From Squalus acanthias (taxonomy: Eukaryota), in NCBI GenBank assembly GCA_030390025.1, contig CM059427.1, positions 188,542,001 through 188,606,000 of the forward strand: a stretch of 64,000 nucleotides of DNA, written 5' to 3'. This document shows, in pieces, positions 34,571 through 47,624 of the stretch (within the stretch, counting starts at the first letter, position 1; each line of letters starts with the position of its first letter). The notes beneath the pieces were generated by a model that worked only from the letters and a program-made list of their open reading frames with translations, had not been told where the DNA came from and made no database searches. Both the position numbers and the translations under genes were made by a program.

Positions 34571-35662
34571 ATTCCGGCCATTGTATCTACTCAAAAATAT
34601 TTAAAAAGCTTTAGTATAAATATATCAAAATCTTTAGTTTCTGCCAACTAAGGATGCTGCTCAACAGCTGCACTTTCTGGTTGATTGATGTGTGTAATAT
34701 CTAAATGAGGCTGAGGTCACTGTCATATGTACTTGATACAAAATATAATCCAATCCTGAAATGTCGAAGTGGCCAAAATATCATCGTGACTGTACTGGGC
34801 CTGGACCATTGCTCCTGAGGTGTTGGCACAAACTGCACCAGAATGAGTTGACCATAATAGAAAGTCAACTCATTTACATTTGTTAGTGGCACTCATGGTA
34901 CATAGTGCCTGGTACACGGGGAATGTCACACGGGTCGGGCACCAGAGTGTTGGGCTCCAGCAGCTAATGGATGCCACCATTGTTTTGGCCTGACATTGGA
35001 ATTAAAGTCCCTGTTGAAGATTTGATTCTTACTTGTCATGTTGTAGGTGGGACTGAAAGTCAGGGTGGGCATTTTTAGAACAAGCCTCTCCTGAAGTGCC
35101 ATTCCTCATGGACGCTCAATGATTGGAGCCCTGCTCAGGACCATTTTGGGAGCCCACTAATTTAAATAATGTAATGACTTTTGGCGTGGATTTTGTGCAC
35201 AGGCTCCCAGTGCGTGTGTTAGGTGGTCTTACTGAAGTGTGCGAGGCACATTGAGAACAGAGTGGGACTGGAGCCTTCTCCATGTCTGATAATATGGGCG
35301 CTACATTTCCATCACACCCTCCTCTGGTGAGATTCCATCACCTGTCCATTGTGGTGTCAGCTTCCACAAATGTCATCCAATCTATGTAACCTTAACCTGA
35401 CCCCGGATACTCCAGCAGGGTCAGGGGTAAAGGTCATCGGCCGCACTCTGGCTCATTCACGCTGGCAGAGCTGGACTGAGAATTTTCAGCCTCACTGTGT
35501 TATTCGACTGATAAGATGCACTTGTGTGTAATCTGGCCTGACTCTTTAATGCAGCAAGGTACAAGTGCTGATGATGGGCACATCCTACGGTCAGTTAGAA
35601 CCTAATCATTGGATTGTACATGTCACTACTTACACTAAATCTTATTGATATGTTTTTCACAG

Positions 35663-35932
35663 TTGAGTCAAGTCCACAGAGTGCTGTGGTGGGCAGTGAC
35701 GTTACACTCAGCTGTACCATCTCCAAACTCTCAGATACAGTCAGTCTTCAATGGAAACAGAGAGACTCATCTCAGCAGAACAGGAGCAACACTGATCAGA
35801 TCCGACTAAATAACACAGTCTATCTGATAGTCAAACATGTTGCAGTAGAGGATAAGGAGTTGTACGCGTGTGAAGTGCAGGAAGATGGATCCATTATTCT
35901 CACTGGAAAAGCAGATTTTTCTGTGGCCCAGG
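35663..35932 (+). CDS. CD4/LAG-3-like Ig gene, D2 (C2-type)
   Basis: Acceptor TTTTTCACAG, donor G|GTAAGT, phase 1-1; GSDVTLSC...LQWK...EDKELYAC. Confidence 0.9.
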
Positions 35933-36879
35933 GTAAGTGCAGTTACCTCACAGTAGATATTAAAGAGTTACTAATATAAAACTGTTACATATAAAGTGGA
36001 GTCATACATGTCAACCATCAGCACTTCATGCTTACAGTCAGCATGTGGGGGCCTGGTGCACATATCAGCATTGAACAAAAAACTGGCCTCTCGCCCCTCA
36101 ATGCCACTTCTAACCGAGTTCTGCTGCTATTTCAAGTGATTCCAGCTGCTGCATACTCTAGGCTTCAAATAAGCATTCAGCCTGGAGCAGGACTGAGGGA
36201 AGCGGGAAGGGCAGGGAATCAATGGCCATGAACAGAGAGGGAAGGATGGAAATGATGGCAATGTGGAGGAGAGATGGTGGGCAGAGGGAAATGACAGAGG
36301 CTGGGAGTGGGGCTTTGGGGGAGGAAGAGGGGAAAAGCTGAGAGTGGAACTTTGGAGTAGAAGATAAGAATTTGCATTTGTGTGAAGTGTAGAAAAAAGA
36401 CTCTGTTATTAAAATAGCATCAAAACTATTGATGTGGATCAGGGTAAGGCCAGAACTACCTTACAGTAGATATTAAATAGTTACTGAAATAACACTGTTA
36501 CACACAAAGTACAGGGAGCACAGAGACAGCATATGCTTTTACTACAGACTGGGACCTTATTTTCTCTTTGAAACATTGGTGTAAATATAACATTGCAATA
36601 CAGTGGGCAAATATCAACAACCAGGTCTTGATGGATCTGACAATAAATAGCAAAAGAGTTGAAGGTGGACAACAACATTCTCACACAGCTCATCAGTTAC
36701 CAAAACACAGAGACAATTCTTTTCTAAATATGGTTCACTTTATTCACTGCAAGGGCACAGCATTAAAGTCCATCCCTGAATATCTATTCAGTGCTCTTCC
36801 AATACACACACATATGGCCGGAGTTTTCCAGGGTGGTAGTGGGGGCGATTGGTGGCGGGTCGGGTGGGAAAGTTATTTA

Positions 36880-39650
36880 TAGAATCATAGAAATTTACAG
36901 CACAGAATGAGGGCATTCAGCCCATCTTGTCCGTGCCGGCCGACATAGCTATCTACCCTAATCCCACTTTCCAGCATTTGGTCCGTAGCCTTGGAGTTTA
37001 CGGCACTTCAAGTGCATTTCCAAGTACATTTTAAATGTGGTGAGGGTCTCTGCCTCTACCACCCTTTCAGGCAGTGAGTTCCTCTGTGTGAAAAGAATTC
37101 TCCACAAATCCCCTCCAAACTTCCGACCAATTACTTTAAATCTAAGCCCCTGGTTATTGATTCTGCTGCTAAGGGAAATAGATCCTTCCGCTAAGGGAAA
37201 TAGGTCCTTCCTATCCACTCTATCTAGGCCTCTTATAATTTTATACACCTCAATTAGGTCTCCCCTCAGCCTCCTCTGTTCCAAAGAAAACAACCCCAGC
37301 CTATCCAATCTTTCCTCATAGCTAAAATTCCCCAGCCCAGGCAACATCCTCGTAAATCTCCTGTGCACCCCCTCTAGTGCAATCACATCCTTCCTGTAAT
37401 GTGATGACCAGAACTGCACGCAGCATTCTAGCTGCGATTTAACTAGTGTTTTATACAGTTCAAGCATAACCTCCCTGCTCTTATATTCTATGCCTCGACT
37501 AATAAAGGCAAGTATCCTGGATGCCTTCTTAACACCTTATTTACCTCTCCTGCTACCTTCAGGGATCTGTGGACATGCACTCCAAGGTCCCTCTGATCTT
37601 CTACACTTCTCAGTGTCCTACCATTTATAGTGTATTCCTTTGCCTTGTTAGCCCTCCCCAAATGCTTTACCTCACACTTCTCCAGATTGAATTCCATTTG
37701 CCACTGTTCTGCCCACCTGACCAGTCCATTGATATCTTCCTGCAGTCTGCAACTTTCTTCTTCATTATCAACCACACGGCCAATTTTTGTATCATCTGCA
37801 AATTTCTTAATCATACTTCCTACATTCAAGTCCAAATCATTGCTATTTACCACAAAATACAAAGGACTGAGTACTGAGCCCTGCGGAACCCCACTGGAAC
37901 CAGCCTTCCAGTCACAAAAACACACTTCGACCATTACCCTTAGTTTCCTGCCTCTGAGTAAATTTTGGATCCAACTTGCCACTTTGCTTTGGATCCCATG
38001 GGCTTTTACTTTCATGACTAGTCTGCCATGCGGGACCTTATCAAAAGCCTTGCTAAAATCTATATAGACTACATCAAATGCACTACTGTCATCGACCCTC
38101 CTTGTTACCTCCTCAAAAATTTCAACCAAGTTACTCAGACACGACCTTCCCTTAACAAATCCATGCTGACTCTCCCTGATTAATTTGTGTCTTTCTAAAT
38201 GAAGATTTATCCTGTCCCTCAGAAGTTTTTCCAATAATTTTCCCACCACCGAGGTTAGGCTGATTGGTCTGTAATTACTCGGTCTATCCCTTTCACCCTT
38301 TTTAAACAACAGTACCACGTTAGCAGTCCTCCAGTCCTCTGGCATACACCTGTAGCCAGAGAGGATTGGAAAATGATGGTCAGAGCCTCTGCTATTTCTT
38401 CTCTTACTTCTCTTAACAGTCTGGTATGCATTTTATCCGGGCCTGGGGATTTATTCACTTTCAAAGATGTTAAACCCCTTAATACTTCCTCTTTCACTAT
38501 GTTTATTTCATCTCATATTTCACACTCCTCCTCCCTGATTGCAATTTCTGCATCGTCCCTCTCTTTTGTGAAAACAGACACAAAGTATTCATTAAGAATC
38601 ATACCCATGTCTTCCGCTTCCACACACAGGTTACCTTTATGGTCCCTAATAGGCGCTACTCTTTCTTTAGTTATCCTCTTGCTCTTAATGTATTTATAAA
38701 ACATCTTTGGGTTTTCCTTGATTTTACTTGCCAATATTTGTACATGCCCTTTCTTTGCTTTCCTAATTTACTTTTTAATTGCACCCCTGCACTTTCGATA
38801 CTCCTCTGGGGTTTCTGCAGTATTGAGCCCTGTCATAAGCTTCCCTTTGTTTCTTTAACCTTCCCTGTATGCCCCTTGACATTCAGGGAGCTCTAGATTT
38901 GTTAGTCCCACCCTTTTCTTTAAGGGAACTACTTGCTCTGAACCCTCACTGTCTCCTCCTTGAATGCCTCCCACTGCTCTGACACTGATTTAACTTCAAG
39001 TTTCTGCCTCCAGTCCACTTTGGCTAAATCACTTCTCAGCTTAGTAAAATTAGTTTTCCCCAATTGAGAACTTTAATTCCTGGTCCATCCTTGTCCTTTT
39101 CCATAACTACTCTAAATCTTACTGAATTATGATCACTACCACCGATATGCTCTCCCACTGATACCCTTTCCACCTGCCCAGCTTCATTCCCTAAAACTAG
39201 GTCCAGAACCACACCCTCTCTTATTGGGCTTGCTATGTACTGGCTACAAAAGTTCTCCTGAATGCATTTTAAGAATTCTGCTCCCTCTATGCCTTTCACA
39301 CTAATTCTATCCCAGTTAATATTAAGGAAGTTGAAATCCCCTACGATTACTGCCCTATTTTTGCATGTCTCAGAAATTTGCCTACATATTTGCTCTTCTA
39401 TCTCCCTCTGACTGTTCGAAGGTCTATAGTACACTCCCAGCAGTGTGATTGCCCCTTTTTTGTTTTGCAGTTCAACCCATATGGCTTCATTTGATGATCC
39501 TTCTAAGATATCCTCCCTCCTCACAGCTGTAATTGAATCTTTGATCAATATTGCGACTCCCCTCCTTTTGTATCCCCCTCTCTATCTTGTCTGAAAACCC
39601 TGTAACCAGGAATGTTGAGCTGCCAGTCCTGCCCTTCTTTCAGCCATGTC
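36880..39650 (-). mobile_element. CR1 LINE ORF2 (endonuclease plus RT), degenerate
   Basis: IVGDFN, LDLVL, SDHN (APE endonuclease); NYRPISLTS, DFSKAFDKVPH, GVPQGSVL, FADDTK; several frameshifts. Confidence 0.95.
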
Positions 39651-40839
39651 TTATTTTTGGGAGTGGTTTGGGAACCTGCTATCATCCCGCCCCCATCGCC
39701 TTTCCCCCGGGCACCTCTGTCATCGCGGAGCCGACCCGACTGGTAGAGGTGGGCGGCCCAATTGAGATGATTAACAGTTAGTTGTCAGACCATTAACAGT
39801 CTTTTTTAACGTTCTTTGTAAATTTAACTGCATGGCCAAGGCAACCACATTGCTCGGGAAGCACGTCTGTCAACCTGAGGCGGGAGTTCCATGGTCATTG
39901 CTCCAGCTGAATTCTTGACAGCATCTAATGTACAGTAAAAGCTTCCACCTGACAGATAATCACTTTCCTCAGGCAGAAACTGTTGCTCAGTCCATTTCCA
40001 GCACAGATTCTGTAGGCTGCAAAAGTTTCCAGCAAAGTCTCAATCCAGTCTCACCTCATTGGTAGAACTCTCTCACCATTGACAGAATGCTTCTGTTATC
40101 TGTACTTCACCTGCCATCTATTCCATCAACAGGGGTGCCATTTATACTGTCTCAACTTGGTCCTCAGAATAGGACCACAATGAGCCCCAACATCAGCAGC
40201 ACCAGGCACACCAGCAGCACCAACAACAACACCAACCTTCTCCACAATCACCTGTTGGTGCACAGGACACCGGGCATCAGCACCCGACGACATTGCTGTC
40301 CAGGAGGGTAGGGATGGCCTCATCATGGCCAGATTTAGTTAGGTTTACGCTGTACACCTATATGGCAGCCACATGATGCGCCAGGTTGGCACCACCCCAC
40401 ACCAACACCACAAAACATCCCTACAATGACCAAGCCATGATCTTATTGAATGGTGGAGCAGGCGCGAGGGACCGTATGGCCTATTCCTGCTCATATTTCT
40501 TATGTTCTTATAAGCCATTCATTTCATACTCATCACCATTGCGGGGGGGTACAGTTGTGTTTCACCATTCACTGCAACTCACTCAGTCACTTCCAAAGGT
40601 GCACACAAATCTTTTGAAGAATGGAACGTGATGTAAATGAAGATTTTTATGTTTGACATCACAGTAACAGAAACTTTACATAAACATTGGATAATGGTTA
40701 CCCTTGTGTGTTGTTAGTTGGTATGATTGCACTAGGATGAGGGTGAGTGTGAGGGATGGCTAGTGAGATTGGCATGTGAAAAGGTAGATAGATAGAGAGG
40801 GATAGGTGGAGGTGCAAAATATGTTGGTGTGAGTAAGGA

Positions 40840-41626
40840 TACATAGATACATAGATACATAGAACAGTACAGCACAGTACAGGCCCTTCGGCCCTCGATG
40901 TTGTGCCGAGCATTGTCCGAGACCAAGATCAAGCTATCACACTCCCTATCACTCTGGTGTGCTCCATGTGCTTATCCAATAGCAGCTTGAAAGTTCCTAA
41001 AGTGTCCGACTCCACTATCACAGCAGGCAGTCCATTCCACACCCCAACCACTCTCTGAGTAAAGAATCTACCTCGGACATCCCTTCTATATCTCCCCCCA
41101 TGCACCTTATAGTTATGCCCCCTTGTAACAACTGCCTCTACCCGAGGAAATAGTCTCTGAACATCCACTCTATCTATCCCCCTCATCATCTTATAAACCT
41201 CTATTAAGTCGCCTCTCAACCTCCTCCGCTCTAAAGAGAAAAGCCCCAACTCCCTCAATCTTTCCTCATAAGACCTCCCCCCCAAACCAGGCAGCATCCT
41301 GGTAAATCTCCTTTGCACTCTTTCCAATGCTTCCACGTCCTTCCTATAGTGAGGTGACCAGAACTGCACACAATATTCCAAATGTGGTCTCACCAAGGTC
41401 CTGTACAGATGCAGCATAACCTCACGGTTCTTAAACTCAAACCCTCTGTTAATAAACGCCAACACACCATAGGCCTTCTTTACTGCTCTATCCACTTGAG
41501 TGGCAACCTTCAGAGATCTGTGGATATGAACCCCCAGATCCCTCTGCTCCTCCACGTTCCTCAGAACCCTGCCGTTGACCCTGTAATCCTTATTCAAATT
41601 TGCCCTACCAAAATGAATCACCTCGC
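40840..41626 (-). mobile_element. 5'-truncated young CR1 LINE
   Basis: Open 230-aa ORF2 C-terminus, microsatellite tail, nearly identical to 46557-47343. Confidence 0.95.
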
Positions 41627-41629
41627 ACA

Positions 41630-41830
41630 GGAGTATGTTAGGGAAGGCTGAGTGCTGGGGATGTAATGAGAGGCACAGCAGGATGAGGTTGAGTGTGGCT
41701 TTGTACTAACATTTCCTGATCTAATGAGATCATTGAAATGTTTGCGGCACTGCACCCAGGTCCGCCTGAACACATCCCTGCTTGTGCCCTCCTCTGCAAT
41801 CTGCAACCAGGCTGTTTTGGTCTACTGGGG
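41630..41830 (-). pseudogene. Harbinger Myb/SANT-like DNA-binding gene fragment
   Basis: IAEE......RRTWVQCRKHFNDLIRSG trihelix motif followed by a GTAATG-like donor. Confidence 0.6.
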
Positions 41831-44477
41831 AGGTCGCTTTGAAGGCAGACTGTAAAAAGCCTTTGGTGAGGCTTGACCAGAAATGAATTGTTAAACTGTT
41901 TTATCTCACAGCGAGTGATAAATAATGAACACGGTACACTTTGCCACACCAGTGGGTCAACGATTGATTTAAACAATTGGGCGAGAAAGTTGTCGGTGTC
42001 ACCGCAACTGGAGTTAAGGGCCGCTGAAAATGGCCGCAGAGCTAATGAGAATAAATTTGTCTGGGGGGCTGGAGATTGGTGGCGCAGCACTAACCTTCCA
42101 TGCAGCGCCCCCTGGTGGCGTTAGTGGAGACCTCCGAGGTGAAGTTCCCGTCCTGACGTGGTGTTCGAGCTTCGCACAGCCTCTGGGAGCGAGGAATTGT
42201 GGGCCATTAAAAGGGCTGTGAATTAAAGGGGCCACGTACTCGGAACTGATACAAATTAAAATGCAGTGAAAAAATGCAGTTTTCAGCCAATACTGACTGT
42301 CAAAAAAAATATATAACATTAAAAAGAAGTCCCAAATGTGATTGTTCAGTTCTTAAAGCTGAATTCCCTTCAGAACCTCAAAAAATAGGAAATTTGCTTC
42401 AGCACTAACACAAATGGCTCAGCAAGGCAGGGAAGGGGCACCCAGCATCTCGCACGCAGCACTCCAGCTTTGTGCAGGGGGTCAACACTGCAAGACAGCT
42501 CCTCTACCCACAGGGGTCAGGAGACCCTCCAGAAAGTAGGATGAGGAACTACATCACCGAGGCAACACTGCCAGCAGTGTCGCCCCCACCACCTGGCTCC
42601 AGTGCCGAAGGAAGCTTCATGACCTCAGACCACTGGTCAAGGTCAGTAAATGCATCTTCAAAAGCCCTCTCCTACCAACTGCAGCAGCAGCCTCACACAT
42701 TGCTCAATGCACGACTCCCCTCTCAATCACTCACCTACCAACAATCTGCACCAATCACGAGGCACATCTCCGATTCCTAGCCTCACCTCACCCCTTGGAG
42801 GAGACGGTGTAGGCCATTCTTGGCAAAGGCATGGCTGAGCCCTTGGCCAGCGGTGCGGCTGAAAGGATACAAGATGCTGGTATCCTCACTTGTTAGCCTC
42901 CTTCTGGCATGCACCTCATGCTTTCTTGCCCTCCCATTACCACAACTCCACACTTGTCCCATCCTCATTTCACAAACCCAAGAAATGCAGCCTGCCCAGC
43001 CAGTGGTTGGCCAAGAAGAGGGAGGGCGGAGGAGGAGGAGGAGGTGATGATGATGATGATTTGACACTCCCAGCCACCAGCCCCTTAAGGCCAACCAGCA
43101 AGGCCTTTTGCAGTGTCCCCCACTGAAAGTCAGAAGCTTTCCACCAGCCATGCTGCAGCCACTGGGTGGCACTGCGTCACATCAGTAGGATAGGCAAAGG
43201 CATGCATAAGGGTAATGAGTTGATTTCTTGATGTCAAGATGATGTTGTGATGCTCAATAACAGATGGAAGGAAAGTTGTGGAAACGGGAATTGGGATTGT
43301 GGTCACTGGTACCGCAGGCGGATGATTCCATCCCGGATATCCCAGCCAGAACGGGACTGTCTGGGTTGTATCCTTCCTTCGGATGCTGTAAATCTGAAAT
43401 GCAGGAAATACTCAGCTGGTCAGGCAGCATCTCGACCTGAGACGTGAACTCTGTTTCTCTCTCCACGGATGTTGCCTGACCTGCTGTGTATTTGCAGCAT
43501 TTCCTGACTTTTCAGAGTCCTTCCTTTACCATCCGAGGGCTTGCAAGCATCCAGCAGCACTCCCTACACACTTAACAAGCTTTTAACATCTAATGCAGCA
43601 AGCCACTACTTCAATAAAATAAAAAAACACAGTCCAAAAGCTTAAATCCAAATTTACCTGAATGATGTATGTGCCACTTTAAGAGGTGCTGACATTGCCA
43701 CTGTCAGCCTGCTTGCAAGCCAGGTTTCACTGGCGTGCTTAGGACCCCGCACTGAATTCAGCGCTAGGGTCGAAGTTCTGAGTGATGATGTTCAGTCGAC
43801 ATTGCATTTTTTTCTCCAGGGCGCTGCCAGTCACCGACAACGCAAAGCAAACGTCGAAAATGGAGGACGCTGCAGGACCCGCCACCAGCTGGTGAAAGAG
43901 CGGTGGCCGCCGCCCTTTCGCCATTTTTTGCCGGTAACGGGTGGCGTAAAGCCCCCGAATTTTTCACCCATTAACTCCTAACTACCCTCCTACATGATAA
44001 ACCTCTGAGCCTGGCCCAGGCTTGCCCTTGCAACTTTCTGTATCAAGCCAGACTGACGATGCACCCTTTGATGGACCTGCCTGTTTGCTTCTGTCTCTCT
44101 CTTTGTTTTATCTCCTTCTGTTAACAACCTGAGGGGACCAGATGTGCCCAACACAATGGGTATGAGGCGTTTATTGACAATCGATTGCTGAGACAGTTTA
44201 ACAAATTGATTATCTACAGTCCATGGGGAAACAACATCACTTTGACGGGGGCCATGTTTGGGCAGATGGACTTTGTAGCACAACCCGGCGTTTAAACAAT
44301 AGGCAGCCTGGGCCGGCAGCCAGTGTATCCGGGTCCCAGCCGATTTCCCTGTCCCAATGCTGCACTCCCAGCTGGCTTATGCCAGGAGGGCGCTGAATGG
44401 CCCTGTGGGAATTCAGAACATCTGTATCTCAGCAGCTATATAAATCTAACACCTTGTTTCCTGTCTCTCTATTTCAG

Positions 44478-44816
44478 ATTTACGCAATAAGAGTTACACA
44501 CTTTATCGGTCAGGCACAGATCACAGTGAACTCTCCCTGATTTGTGAAGCTAAATCTGAATTCAGTAAAACTAAATGGACTTGGAGGTCACGTCATATTC
44601 AGAATCAAGAGAAAGAAATAGCTTCTACTTTCAGATCTAAGCCTATCGAAGTAAACAGGACCTATTTTGGGAGTCGACTTGTGCCCACAGTGGGAAATTT
44701 TAATGGCAAGAACTTCAGTGTGAGGATTGTCCCCGTACTGTTTGAAGATGCTGGAGTTTACACTTGTTCTCTGGGGTTATTGAATTATGTGACCATTAAA
44801 CTAATCACAGTTAAAG
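44478..44816 (+). CDS. CD4/LAG-3-like Ig gene, D3 (V-type)
   Basis: Acceptor CTCTCTATTTCAG, donor G|GTAGGA, phase 1-1; ELSLIC...KWTW...FGSRL...NFSVRI...EDAGVYTC. Confidence 0.9.
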
Positions 44817-44857
44817 GTAGGAGACAGAATGCTGCAGGTGTTTTCAATGATAAAGTT

Positions 44858-45940
44858 GGGTAGAGTTTCCGCTTTGGGCACAATCGGCGATTCCGGCACA
44901 AATTGCGCCCAAAACTGCGCCCGTTTTGAAAAGTGTTTCCCCCCCACCCCCCGAGGTTCCACTCAATCTCATTTGCATATCACCAAACACAAAATCTGCC
45001 CTGAACCAGCGCAATTGGACAGTGATTTAAAACCTAATTTCTTTTTGCTAATATTGCTTTAAAAATATTCTAGGCTACATTTAAGAATGGTAACTTGGAG
45101 CAGTTTGCTTAATACAGCTGAAAGTGGGTTTGCCACAAAAAATAAGCATTTTAAATCACAGTATCGATCCACCACCTGTGAGTAACTGATTTTAACTGAC
45201 TGAAAATGACATAAAAAAATATACAGAACTATTTTCCAGTTAGATTGGGGCACAGTAGTCAGTTCCTTAGTAAATTGAAAAAAAATAATTTCAAATCCTT
45301 TCAAAACGTACGTATTCGTGTCCTTGCGACCAAAAGATCCAGCTTCATTTTTGGAGCCTCCTCGTCGGCCTGCAAACGGGCGCAATTAGTGGAAACTCCC
45401 GATGGTGATTGGTTCACCCTGTGGGCGGGGCCAATTTTGTGCGCAGGGCCAGTTTTATAGGCGGGGTCAGTTTTGTGGGCGGGGTCAGTTGTGTGGGCGT
45501 GGCCAGTTTTGTGGGCGGGGGCCAGTTTTGTGGGCAGGGCCAGTTTTGTGGGCGTGGCCAGTTTTGTGGGCGGGGACCAGTTTTGTGGGCAGGGCCAGTT
45601 TTGTGGGCGTGGCCAGTTTTGCGGGCGGGGGCCAGTTTTGTGGGCAGGCCAGTTTTGTAGGTGGGCCCAGTTTTGTGGGCATGGCCAGTTTTGTAGGCAG
45701 GGCCAGCTTTTTGGGCGGGGACAGTTTTGTGGGCGGGGCCAGTTTTATAGGCGGGGCCAGTTTTATAGGCGGGGCCTGCTTCTAGCGAGACGTCTTTAAA
45801 ACTAGCGCAAAAGATCGCGGAAAATCAAGTTGCATTGAATGCAATTTGCGCTTAAAATTCCGCTACTGTTTGCGTTGGTTACGCCGATATCGGGCGAATT
45901 GTACCGAAAAAAACAACACAATGGGGTGCAAACTCCAGGA
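44858..45940 (+). mobile_element. Harbinger-type MITE with expanded GC-box array
   Basis: Colinear with 29349-30040; end GCAAACTCCAGG. Confidence 0.7.
45420..45776 (+). repeat. 18-bp tandem repeat TTTTGTGGGCGGGGCCAG, about 20 units
   Basis: Directly visible; units carry GGGCGGGG or GGGCGTGG boxes. Confidence 0.95.
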
Positions 45941-45984
45941 CATTCTTTAAAATCTAAATGATTTTCTTGTTTACACATTCACAG

Positions 45985-46248
45985 CTGAACCATCTGATGC
46001 AGTGACTGAGGGAGACACCGTTACCCTGACCTGCTCTGTCTCTGATGTCACTGAATCAATGAGACTTGTTTGGATCAGTAGCGATGGCAAAACTGTTGAA
46101 GAGAAAACTTTTAAGGACCAGAAGCAGGAAGAGGATTTGTTACGGCTGATTATTCAAAAAGCTGATCGAGACAGAAGGAACTGGACATGTGTTTTGTTTC
46201 ATCAAAACACGCCCAGCATTTTAATTCCATATTATCTGAAGGTTAACA
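45985..46248 (+). CDS. CD4/LAG-3-like Ig gene, D4 (C2-type with WxC)
   Basis: Acceptor TTCACAG, donor A|GTAAGT, phase 1-1; EGDTVTLTC...LVW...NWTC. Confidence 0.9.
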
Positions 46249-47624
46249 GTAAGTGTCTCACATTTTGCTCATTGTAACCTCCATAGAAATTTCTTGCTGC
46301 TCTTTTGTTATGATAACCTTTTACTTTTCATATTCTATTGCACTCCACATTACTCAGAGTTTAATCAGAGGTGTTGACATACAAACAGTTTAACATCAAA
46401 AGTCAAACTATACAGCTCAAAGCAATGGAAGAAGAAATACAGTGCGGTGTTGGGTCATAGAAACATACATAGAACAGTGGAAGGAGCGCACGTCATCCCA
46501 AGCAAACCACCCACCCGCCCCTTCAACCACCGTCTGCCCCACCTGTGACAGAGAATGTACATAGAACATAGAACATAGAACAGTACAGCACAGTACAGGC
46601 CCTTCGGCCCTCGATGTTGTGCCGAGCATTGTCCGAGACCAAGATCAAGCTATCACACTCCCTATCACTCTGGTGTGCTCCATGTGCTTATCCAATAACC
46701 GCTTGAAAGTTCCTAAAGTGTCCGACTCCACTATCACAGCAGGCAGTCCATTTCACACCCCAACCACTCTCTGAGTAAAGAATCTACCTCGGACATCCCT
46801 TCTATATCTCCCCCCATGCACCTTATAGTTATGCCCCCTTGTAACAGCTGCCTCTACCCGAGGAAATAGTCTCTGAACATCCACTCTATCTATCCCCCTC
46901 ATCATCTTATAAACCTCTATTAAGTCGCCTCTCATCCTCCTCCGCTCTAAAGAGAAAAGCCCCAACTCCCTCAATCTTTCCTCATAAGACCTCCCCCCCA
47001 AACCAGGCAGCATCCTGGTAAATCTCCTTTGCACTCTTTCCAATGCTTCCACGTCCTTCCTATAGTGAGGTGACCAGAACTGCACACAATATTCCAAATG
47101 TGGTCTCACCAAGGTCCTGTACAGTTGCAGCATAACCTCACGGTTCTTAAACTCAAACCCTCTGTTAATAAACGCCAACACACCATAGGCCTTCTTTACT
47201 GCTCTATCCACTTGAGTGGCAACCTTCAGAGATCTGTGGATATGAACCCCCAGATCCCTCTGCTCCTCCACGTTCCTCAGAACCCTGCCGTTGACCCTGT
47301 AAACCTTATTCAAATTTGCCCTACCAAAATGAATCACCTCGCACTTATCAGGGTTAAATTCCATCTGCCATTTTTCGGCCCAGCTCTGCATCCTATCAAT
47401 GTCTCTTTGCAGCCTACAACAGCCCTCCACCTCATCCACTACTCCACCAATCTTGGTGTCATCAGCAAATTTACTGATCCACCCTTCAGTCCCCTCCTCC
47501 AAGTCATTGATAAAAATCACAAACAGCAGAGGACCCAGCACCGACCCCTGTGGCACACCGCTGGTAACTGGTCTCCAGTCCGAAAATGTTCCATCCACCA
47601 CCACCCTCTGCCTTCTATGAGATA

